This document shows, in pieces, positions 11,693 through 20,893 of a stretch of 64,000 bases of DNA. The notes under the pieces are model-generated. The model worked only from the letters and a program-made list of their open reading frames with translations, made no database searches and had not been told where the DNA came from. A program made the translations under genes and the position numbers. The stretch is from Camelus dromedarius. Its lineage: Eukaryota. Location: assembly GCF_036321535.1 (NCBI RefSeq), contig NC_087472.1, forward strand, positions 4,712,001 to 4,776,000, given 5' to 3'. How positions within the stretch are numbered: the stretch's first letter is position 1; each line of letters begins with the position of its first letter.

Positions 11693-12799
11693 TGGATAAA
11701 AGCAGATGGCAGGATGGGTAAGAGGAAAAGTTTAAACTTCTACCCTTGTTTCACTGTGAAAATTGGGAGAGAGCTCAGCATCTCTGGCCACAGAGGCCAG
11801 AAGCCATGGGGAAATATCAGGGCAGTGTGAAGGATGGGATGATTAAGGGCAGCGGAATTTGTGCTAATAACCACCTGAAATCACCTTAGTGGATGAGGCC
11901 TGTCCTTTTCAAAATTGACCATTTAAATAGCAGAGGAAGTCTGGACAAGAAACAAGAGTATGGAGCATCGGAGTGAATCAGGCAGCCTAAGAGTGGCTAT
12001 GCTTTCCGGAAACTTGGTGAGATGTAAAATGTATTTCTGACTCTGAATGAGGCTTCAGAGAATGAAAATCAGTGCTCTGAACTATGAAATGTTAGATAAC
12101 CTCGAAAGAGCAGGACGTCCCCAAGTCCGGCTGCTCAGCCGCTGCCTTTTAGAGGGAAACGTTTCCGCAGTCTGGCTGGCTGGTGCTTCTTCTCTGACCC
12201 TCCGCGGCGGTCAGGGGCGCTGCAGCTCCCCACCCAGCATGGAGTCTAGGACTCAGAGTCATTTTCTGCAAGGGGTGCATCTGAGACACAAGCTCAGAGC
12301 TGACAGGGAGGGAGCCGGCCCAACCAGCATTTCATCAAGGACCCAGGAGCCAAGTTAGGAACTTCAGGAGCGAGTAATGGGGAGGGGCATCTTCCCCAGG
12401 GGGTCCGAGGAATCCAGCCTGGACCTGATTTCAGCCCTGGGAGACCCCGAGGCATGGCGTCTGGATGTGATGTGCCCTGACTTCTGCCTGGGAGGTCTGA
12501 GAAAGGTACGGGCCTGGGTCTGGGAGGAGGCTCCAGACTGGCACAGAGGAAGCCCAGCCCTACAGGGAGTCAAGGTAGGGGCCTGAGGGAGGACGAAGGC
12601 CCCACAGGATCCGTCTCCGCCCTAGGGGATCCTGGCCAGGCTTCTCGGGGGACTAGGAGGAGGAGGGCCTGGTTCTCAGGGAAGGCAATTCAAGTGGGCA
12701 GAGGGAGGGCCCAGGGCCTGATAGGACCCAAGGTGAGCATGCAGATGGAGAAATGAGGGCGTGGGGTGGGGTGACCCAGAGAAACCTGCCCTGCTGAAA

Positions 12800-15400
12800 G
12801 CCCTAGGAGGCACATGGCAGCGAGCCCTGACTTCCGCATCCGGGTCTCAGAGGGAGGGGGGACTTAATTTAGAGAGGGGGACCTCAAGGGGGCAGAGCGG
12901 AGACTCGCAAGTCCTGCCAGGAGTCAAGGTGAGCACTCTGAGGGAGGACTGCGGTGACCCTGGACCCCAGAACAGAGTCTGTCCTGGGAGGCCATAGGGT
13001 GGAATGACCACAGGCACATTTCCTGACGTCCGGGCTCTCAGAGGCACTGGGGACCTGGTATGAGGGGCGGGGCCTCAGGTGGGCAGAGGAGAGACTACAA
13101 GCCACCGGAGTCAAAGTGAGGACCCCGAGGGAGGACGGAGAGGACCCAGAACCCCCGAAAAGAGGCCATCCCACAGAAAGGAGCCCCTGCTCTCAGCCAT
13201 CCAGAGTCCCGAGGGCAGGACAGGCCCACGTGGTGTGTCCTGACTGCGGCACCCTGGTCTCAGAGAGACCGGGGACTTAGTGTAAGTTCGGGGAGGGGGG
13301 GGCTCAGAGAGGGAGAATCCCAGTTTCCGCCTGGCGTCAAGGTGAGGACCCAGAGGGAGGACTGCGGTGACCCTGGACCCCAGAACAGAGTCGGTCCCGG
13401 GAGGTCGTAGAGCGGGATCACCTCGGGCAGCGTTTCCTCACATCCGGGTCCGCGTCTCAGAGCGAGCGGGGACCTGGTATGAGGGGCGGGGCCTCGGGTG
13501 CGCTGAGGGCAGAAACCCAGTTCCTGGCGGGAGTCACAATGAGGAACCTCAGGGAGGACTGCCGAGACCCTGGACACCGGAAGAGAGGGGACCCCACGAT
13601 TTCTACCTCGGCAGGCCCCGGGTGGACGAGCACATGGCAGCGTGCCGGGACTTCCGCATCCGGGCCTCGGAGGGACTGGGGCGCTGGTATGGGGGGCGAA
13701 GCCTCAGGTCGGGAATGCGGAGCTGAGGGCCTGTCAGGACAGTAAGCAAGGACTGTGAGGGAGGACTGCGGGACCCTGGACCCCAGAACAGAGTCGGTCC
13801 TGGAAGGTCATAGGGCGGGATCACCCCAGGCCGCATTTCCTGACATCAGGGTCTCGGAGAGACTGGGGTCCTGGTTTGAGGGGCGGGGCCTCAGGTGGGC
13901 CGAGGTGAGAATCCCAGTTCCTGCCGGGCATCAAAGTGGGGACCCGGAGGGAGGACTGAGGGGACCCTGGACCCCACAACGGAGTCTGTCCTGGGAGGCA
14001 GTAGGGTGGAATGACCACAGTCGCATTTCCCTGAACATCCCGTACTCAGAGAGACTGGGGACCTGTATGAGGGGCGGGGCCTCAAGTGGGCTGAGCGGGG
14101 AATCCCGGTTCCTGGCGGGAGTCACAGTGAGGACCCTGAGGGAGGACCGAGGCCCAGGACTCCAGAAGAGAGGGGACCCCAAGATATCTACCCCATCAGT
14201 CAGCCCTTGGAGGCCCCGGGCGGACGAGCACATGGCAGCGTGCCCTGACTTCCACAACTGGGCCTCAGAGGGACTGGGGACTGGGGACTGGGGCGCTGGT
14301 ACGAGGAGCGAAGCCTCAGGTCGGAAATGCGAAGCTGAGGACCTGTCAGGACAGAACGCGAGGACTGTGAGGGAGGACTGCGGTAACCTTGGACCCTAGA
14401 ACAGAGTCGGTCCTGGGACGTCATAGGTCGGGATCACCTTTGGCAGCATTTCTTGACATCCAGGCTTCAGAGAAACTGGACCAGATTTCAGGGGCGGGGC
14501 CTCAGGTGAGCTGAGGGGGGAATCCCAGTTCCTGCCGAGAGTCAAGGTGAGGACGCGGAGGGAGGACTCAGGGGACCCTGGATCCCAGAAAAGAGTCAGT
14601 CCTGGGAGGTCATAGGGCAGGATGACCACAGGTGACATTTCCTGACATCCCAGTCTCTTAGAGAGTAGGGTCCTGGTATGAGGGGCGGGGCCTGCAGTGG
14701 GCAGAGGGGAGACTACATGCCGCCTGACTCAAATTGAGGTCCCTGAGGGAAGAGGGAGGGGACCCAAGACCCCAGAAAAGAGGCCATTCCACATAAATGT
14801 GCCCCTGCTGTCAGCCGTCTTGAGGGCCCAGGGCGGGATGAGCCCAATCGGAGTGTCCTGACTTCCGCAACTCGGTCAGAGAGACTCGGGACATAGTGTA
14901 AGGGGGGGTGGGGGAGGTCCTAGGTCTGTGGAAAAGAGAATCTGAGGTGCCAGTGGGAGTGAAGGAGACGACCGCGAGGGAGCACTGAGGGACCCTGGAC
15001 CCCAGAACAGAGTCAGTCCTGGGAGGCCATAGGGCGGGATGACCTCAGGCAGCAGTTCCTGAAATGCGGGTCACAGAGGGACTGGCGTCCTGGTATGACG
15101 GGCGGGGCCTCAGGTGGGCTGAGAGGGGAATCCCAGGTCCTGCCAGGAGTCAAGGTGAGGACCCGAGGGAGGAGTAAGGGGACCCGAGACCCCAGAACAG
15201 AGGGGATGCAACTGATCCTGCCCCTGCTGTCAGCCCTGGGAGGCCCCCAGGCAGGATGAACACACATGGTGTGTCCTGACTTACGCATCCAGGGCTGAGA
15301 GAGGCCGGGGACTTGCTATAAGGAGCGGCCCTCAGGTCCTTGGAGAGCAGAATCCCAGGTCCCGCTTGGAGTCCCGGTGAGGACCCTGAGCTAGCGCGGA
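12800..15400 (+). promoter_or_regulatory. Tandem array of ~13 promoter/first-exon cassettes upstream of MAGE G2
   Basis: Cores near 12830, 13017, 13240, 13430, 13648, 13835, 14025, 14248, 14447, 14636, 14857, 15053 and 15277. GC boxes and donors such as 13116, 14127 and 15155; several donors are mutated. Confidence 0.75.
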
Positions 15401-15751
15401 GAGGACCTCCCGTGCTAGAAGAGTGGGAACCTGCCAGAGCCCAGGCCTCCTGCCACCACGCGGGTCCAGGGCTGTGCCACCGTGTAGACCCGAGGTCTCC
15501 CCTCCTTTCTCTCCCAGTGGCTCCAGACACCGGGAGGTGAAGGCCTAGGTCTGAGACACGTGTCCTCGGGTCACAGAGCACAGGAGGCCGGCAGTGCCGG
15601 GTGAGGTGTGGGCCCTGAGTGTGTACCCGGGGGCTCCCGGAACAGAGGGGACCCTACAAGGCCAACATCCACTTCACACACCCCCTGTCGCCCCCAGAAC
15701 CTCAGGCTATGCCGGCTGCACCCTGAGGAGTTGCCTCACTTCCCCCGTCAG

Positions 15752-15820
15752 GTTCACAGGCAACCGTCCACCAGGAGGAGAGCCCCTGTGAGGCCGAGGG
15801 CACCCCTGAAGAGGAGACCA
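15752..15820 (+). other. 69-nt non-coding exon of MAGE G2 (intron 15821-15894)
   Basis: cccgtcag|gttcac...gagacca|gtaagt, next acceptor ttccccag|gcccgt. Confidence 0.8.
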
Positions 15821-15955
15821 GTAAGTCGCCTTTGTCAGAGCCCCTCAGGGTGGGTTTCTCAGCCCGAGCCACCGGCATTCCCTTTCTTCCCCAGGCCCGT
15901 GGGTCCCCATCTGTCATCCCTGCCTCCACTCCTGTCGGCGCGGACACCAGTCGTC

Positions 15956-16939
15956 ATGACTGGGGTTCAGATGAGTGACCTCCACCAGACTGAAGCCGAC
16001 TTTCAGGACCCAAGAGAGGCTGAGGATGTGGTGGTTGCGCAGCAGATTGGGGCTGAGGAGGTGGCGGATGCATCCCCCATGTCTCCCTCCTCCTCCTCCT
16101 CCGTCCTGTTCCTGGACACCCTGGAGGAGGTGGATGATTCTGGGACACCCAGTGCCCCGCAGAGCCCACGGGGTGTCTGCTCCTTCCCCACTGCTGACGA
16201 TGCCGCCCCTCCATGGAGCCAGTCGGAAGACAGCACCTCCAGCAGCCAAGATGAGGAGAGGCCCAGCACCGGCCAGGACCCCGCAGATGCCGAGTCCTCA
16301 CACCCAGACCCACTCCATTTGAAGGTGGCTGAACTGGTGAGCTTCCTGCTCCTCAAGTACCGCTCAAAGGAGCCGACCACAAAGGAAGACATGCTGAATG
16401 CGGTCCTCAGAGATGACCAGGACCACTTCCCTGCGGTCTTGAACCAAGCCTCTGAGTGTGTGCAGCTGGCCTTTGGGGTGGATGTGAAGGAGGTGGACCC
16501 CAGGGAGCACTCGTATGTCCTGGTCCCCACCCTGGGCCTCACCTGTGACGGGATGCTGGGCGATGGGCAGAGCATGCCCAAGAACGGCCTCCTGGTGATG
16601 CTCCTGGGTGTGATCCTCCTGGAGGGAGAGTGCGCCACTGAGGAGAAGATGTGGGAAGCACTGAGTGTCATGGGGGTGTATCCCGGGAGGGAGCACTGCA
16701 TCAACGGGGAGCCCAGGGAGCTCGTCACCAACGTGTGGGTGCGGGAGGGGTACGTGGAGTACCGGCAGGTGCCCAACAGCGATCCCCCTCTCTACGAGCT
16801 CCTGTGGGGGCCACGGGCCCACGCGGAGACCAGCAAGCTGCAAGTCCTGGAACATTTCCTCAGGATCAATAGAAGGGGTCCCAGTTCTTTCCCGTCCCTG
16901 TCTGAAGAGCGAGTGAGTGATGAGGAAGAGGGGGCCTGA
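15956..16939 (+). CDS. MAGE-A-like protein G2 (327 aa, full MAGE_N region plus MAGE homology domain)
   Basis: gtcATGa at the canonical position 61 nt into the last exon. Has LKVAELVSFLLLKY...ELLWGPRAHAETSK. Confidence 0.95.
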   Translation: MTGVQMSDLHQTEADFQDPREAEDVVVAQQIGAEEVADASPMSPSSSSSVLFLDTLEEVDDSGTPSAPQSPRGVCSFPTADDAAPPWSQSEDSTSSSQDEERPSTGQDPADAESSHPDPLHLKVAELVSFLLLKYRSKEPTTKEDMLNAVLRDDQDHFPAVLNQASECVQLAFGVDVKEVDPREHSYVLVPTLGLTCDGMLGDGQSMPKNGLLVMLLGVILLEGECATEEKMWEALSVMGVYPGREHCINGEPRELVTNVWVREGYVEYRQVPNSDPPLYELLWGPRAHAETSKLQVLEHFLRINRRGPSSFPSLSEERVSDEEEGA

Positions 16940-17452
16940 GCCAGACTTGCAGCCGGGCTCCTTCCAGGCCCCTGTCCGGCAGCTTCTCCTGTCGGGCCGG
17001 AAGTGAGTCCATCCTTCACTGTGTGTTTGGAGAGCGAGCAGGCAGCCTCCTAAGGGGTGACAGCCCGGGCCAGTTGGGGGTACACGGTGCACAGCATCTC
17101 TGGGCTCCTCCCGTCCCTTATGATGACATGGAAATTGATCTTTGTTTCCTGTAGGAATTTTTCAGTGGTGTTCCTTGTATCAGAAGATTTAATAAGCTTC
17201 ACTATCTAACTTTGTCAATGACATTAATCACAATGTCTGTATCCTTATCGAGTTCAAACACAAGAGATTTGCTCTTTTGTAAAACAAGTTATAAATCTCC
17301 CATCTTATTGTGTCATCCTGAACAAGATAACATGGAATTAGAATTTGGGGGAGCAATGAGAAGAAAATGTCTCCCTCCCTGGGCCTCGCCCCAAGTGCCC
17401 TGAAGAGGGACGTCGGTTCCTCGGAAATGCTCAGCCAGCGCGACCCAGTTGA

Positions 17453-17803
<351 letters not shown>

Positions 17804-19071
17804 GCAGCGTGGGCTCTTGAGAGGAGGTGACCGAGAGACCAAGCTAAACCGTGGCACGGTCAGCTCGCCGTCACGCCCTGGACGTGCCCCCCTGGTTCGC
17901 TCTGAATCGGCGCCGCCCTGGAGGGCGCTCCCCACTCTGTGCTGTTCCCGGAAACAGATGTGTCCACCGGGACGCGGGGACGGGGGAGCGGGACCCCTGC
18001 AGGGAGATGCCTCCCTGGGCTCGGTGACAGAGTCTCAAGGACTTTGGACCTCTAGGACAAGGGGAAGCGGCCTTGCAGGCCGCTGCTCATTCTGGCCCTG
18101 CTGATTCTGGATTGTGTAGAGAAATGTGTTTTGAGAGAGCTGGTGAGTGTTCTCCCCGCCTTTGTTCTGGTCAAAACCCCTAGAGGGTCTGAAGAGCATC
18201 CAGGAGACGATGTGGGACGGCTGGAGCGGGCGCTGAGTGCTTGCCAGGGAGTCACCAGCCAGCGACGGCCTGACTCCCGGGCAAGAGGACGTCGGACTCA
18301 GAAAGAGCACCGTCTGCCTCGCAGATGACTCTCGCCCTGTTGTAAAGTGTCCCTTGGCTCACGGAGCCGGTGTGTTAGACGTGCCGCACGGCCGCTTCAC
18401 GTCCCAAGAAAGGGTCCTAACTACAGCCCTGATGGAAGTGAGCAGTGCTGGTGTTCGCTGGGTGGGAGATCTTTTATACATTTGTGGGGGGGGGTGGGGT
18501 TGGTCACTTGAGAGTAGGGTTTCCAGTGGTTGCTACCTTCGAGGGTGACGGGCCTCCCCCCAGGCGTTTGACTGCAACCCCCCGTCTCTTCGGAGCCAGG
18601 CTGCAGTGCTCTCAGCCCTTGGTGGAGGGGGTGGCCCTACTTTTCGGCGGGCCTCCGTGGGGGGCCCCTGGATCGTGAGCTGGAGACGCTGAGCTGCTGA
18701 TCAGAAACTTCTGGCATCCTTGCGGGACCCAGGAGGAAGACCCTCCTGCTCCGCGATGCATGAGTAATGGGGGGGAGACACCCCCGAGGTCAGAAGCCAG
18801 GCTGTCTGTCCCCTGACGGGCAGGCCCGGCCCAGCGGACCAGACCTTCCTGGGCTCGCCTCAGTGCTCGCTCCCCACCTCCTTGGGCGGGTGTCCGAGAT
18901 GCCACAGCTTCAGATGCAAGAGGCCGATGGGGACCAAAGCCTGCCCCCGGCCGGGGTCTCCAGCCTCCGCGGGCTTATCTGGTGAGAGGTGTGCGGAATC
19001 GAACGCGAGAAAGAACACGGACCCGCGGGTCTCGCAGATTGTTTATTTAGTCCCGGGGAGTTTTGCTTTTC

Positions 19072-19080
19072 TTTATTAAA
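19072..19080. terminator. Overlapping poly(A) signals: AATAAA on - (19072-19077) and ATTAAA on + (19075-19080); second minus-strand AATAAA at 19042-19047
   Basis: Sequence ctttattaaa lies between the convergent EOLA-type 3'UTR and the HSFX 3'UTR. Confidence 0.6.
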
Positions 19081-19210
19081 GCCCAAAATGTTCATGGTTA
19101 CAGGACGGTGCTCTTCGTGTGTCTCTAGTGGTCTGTGAGCTCAGCGCTTTGGGTTGTTCTGGAACTGTTCGCAGAGAGCACACTTGTAATCTGAAGAGCC
19201 CTCGGGCTCT

Positions 19211-19735
19211 TCATCGGCCTCGGGCCTCCTGGTTGGGGGCCATGAGCAGAAGGGCCGCGAGCAGCATGCAGTAACCCGTGTTGCACGTGGACACCACCGA
19301 GCTGGGATCGGGGCAAACGGGGGGGCTTCTGGGCAGCTCCCCTGCACCGTCCCTTCCGGCAGTAGCCGGGGGCACTAGCGTGACATTCCTGGAGGTGCCC
19401 TCCCCACTCGGGCCGCCCTGCTCGCTGGAGGGACGCTGCACTACCACCAACCTGGCCACCCGGCCGGCAGACAAGACGCCAGGGAGCACGAAGGCCCGGA
19501 TGCCGCTGGGCACCTGAGCACGGGGGGCTTCCCTCTGGGTCTTCCTGTCGGCATCATTGGTGGAGTCATTCTGATGGAAAAATTGGGTGCATCTCATAGG
19601 TGGGACGGCTTGCTTCTTTCTCTTTGGGGTGGTTGTGCTGGAAGCGGGCCGAGCAGTTGCTCTCGGGTCACCTTTTCTCCGCATGTTCTCGATCAGCAGG
19701 GGCTTCTCTCTCTGAAAGTTGCAGTTGTGGTAGAT
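19211..19735 (-). CDS. HSFX3: HSFX3/HSFX4-like, exon 2 (174 aa to the first stop; likely frameshifted near 19225-19240)
   Basis: Acceptor tcctttcag|ATC, phase 0. IYHNCNFQREKPLLIENMRRK completes the HSF DNA-binding domain. EGTSRNVTL and CYxxLLAALLxMAPN resemble HSFX3/4. Confidence 0.85.
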   Translation of the reverse strand: MYHNCNFQREKPLLIENMRRKGDPRATARPASSTTTPKRKKQAVPPMRCTQFFHQNDSTNDADRKTQREAPRAQVPSGIRAFVLPGVLSAGRVARLVVVQRPSSEQGGPSGEGTSRNVTLVPPATAGRDGAGELPRSPPVCPDPSSVVSTCNTGYCMLLAALLLMAPNQEARGR

Positions 19736-20151
19736 CTGAAAGGACAAGAATCATTCTCGTCATTTCGGGGGAAATATTCACTCCTCCCCGCCCACCTCCA
19801 TCATAAAGGTCTTGTTTGACTGTGGAGAAAAGGTCTTTTTAAATTCCTGGCAAGTTTTGTTTCGCCCTGGAGTGTGCGCTCACTAAAGCTACGTGGTGCC
19901 TGGGCTGAGGTGTCACTCTAGCTCCCTGACGTGAAGTGGCCCCTGGGTCTTCGGTCACACCCGCAGGGCATCTCTAAGGGGCGAGCCTTCCATGACACGC
20001 CGGACTGCCTCAGCCTTCATTCAGTACTGGCTCACAGGAAAAAAGTCCCCCTCGGGAATGAACCCCGCCCAGCACATCACTCATCCGCTCAGGACTAGGA
20101 AGCCGTTCCAGGAACAGAGAACTCGGGAGACGGAAGGGCTGTCTACGTTAC

Positions 20152-20646
20152 CATCAGCCTTTTCTTCCCCGGAGAGCGACCCAGAGTGCCGGGCAGGTGT
20201 ATTTTCCTGAACCCATAGAGGTTCAGTTGGCGGATGAAGCTCTTCAAGCTGTCTGTTTCAAAGATCCTGTCTGCGCCGCGCCGGCGAAGAACCTCCCGCT
20301 GGAAAAGGTCTTCCTCGATGATCAGCATGTCTCCCTTGTCGTTCCAGCGCACGGACGTGAAGGCCTCGTCCTCCACTATCATCCAGAGCTTTCTCGGGAA
20401 GGAGAGCCCAAGAACACCATGGGTTCCGTCCACGTTGGCGGGACCCGGGTTTGGGTCCTGTGGTGGCTGGTTGTCTTGGGAGCCTGGATCTTGGCTCTCG
20501 GCCTGGTCGCCGGGCCTCTCCAAAATCTCCCTCGAATCCACCTTTGGATCCGGGGATGAACCCGATGGGGCCCCCGCTGGGGGCTCTCCATCAGCTGCGG
20601 GGGCCGCCGTGGCCGTATATTCCTCGTCGGGGCTCTGACTCGCCAT
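20152..20646 (-). CDS. HSFX3: HSFX3/HSFX4-like, exon 1 (165 aa); spliced total 339 aa
   Basis: MASQSPDEEY...LSFPRKLWMIVEDEAFTSVRWNDKGD...FQREVL...SLKSFIRQLNLYGFRK is an HSF DBD with an HSFX3/4-type N-terminus. Donor ATG|gtaacg. HSFX3 versus HSFX4 cannot be resolved. Confidence 0.92.
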
Positions 20647-20813
20647 GCAGCTAGTCTAGACCAGGCACACGCTCTCCCTGAGACCAGATCACTGAGCTCT
20701 CAGGGCAGAAGTGCCTTCAATCTGAGCAGGGACGCCCAGTAAATAGTGTCCGCAGAATTCTAGAATCTCGGTAGCAGGGCAACCAGCGACTTTGGTCATC
20801 GTCCTCTTTATGT

Positions 20814-20893
20814 GTCACGTGAGGTCACAGAGTTGGTCTGGACAGGGAGCCCTGGCCGAGGGGAGGGGAGGGGAGGGGAGGGGAGGCGAGGGG
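20814..20893 (-). promoter_or_regulatory. Candidate HSFX promoter: overlapping E-box GTCACGTG and CRE-like TGACCTCA (20814-20827), plus a (GGGGA)n G-quadruplex-type run (20860-20893)
   Basis: Motifs read directly, 170-250 nt upstream of the HSFX ATG. Confidence 0.4.

Larger units (their letters stand above)
9121..17370 (+). repeat. Left arm of a large inverted repeat (partner 56320 to 64000 and beyond)
   Basis: Paired ORFs give constant coordinate sums of 73101 (distal), 73714 (after a 613-bp indel) and 73690 (after a 24-bp indel). The window end 64000 pairs with 9121. Confidence 0.97.

Noticed and set aside
12800-15400. Regularly spaced repeats resembling a CRISPR array
   Set aside because: Whole ~200-bp units are homologous with no unique spacers, there are no cas genes, and the context is mammalian.
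15608-15955. 116-aa N-terminal extension of G2 (also G5 57759-58106 and G1/G4 from 4211/38609)
   Set aside because: Starts are GTG or TTG, contain no in-frame ATG and run through a canonical 74-nt intron.
16364-17092. Long antisense ORFs over MAGE coding regions (also 4475-5074, 25949-26482, 38873-39472, 56835-57326)
   Set aside because: Shadow frames of GC-rich coding sequence with no independent support.
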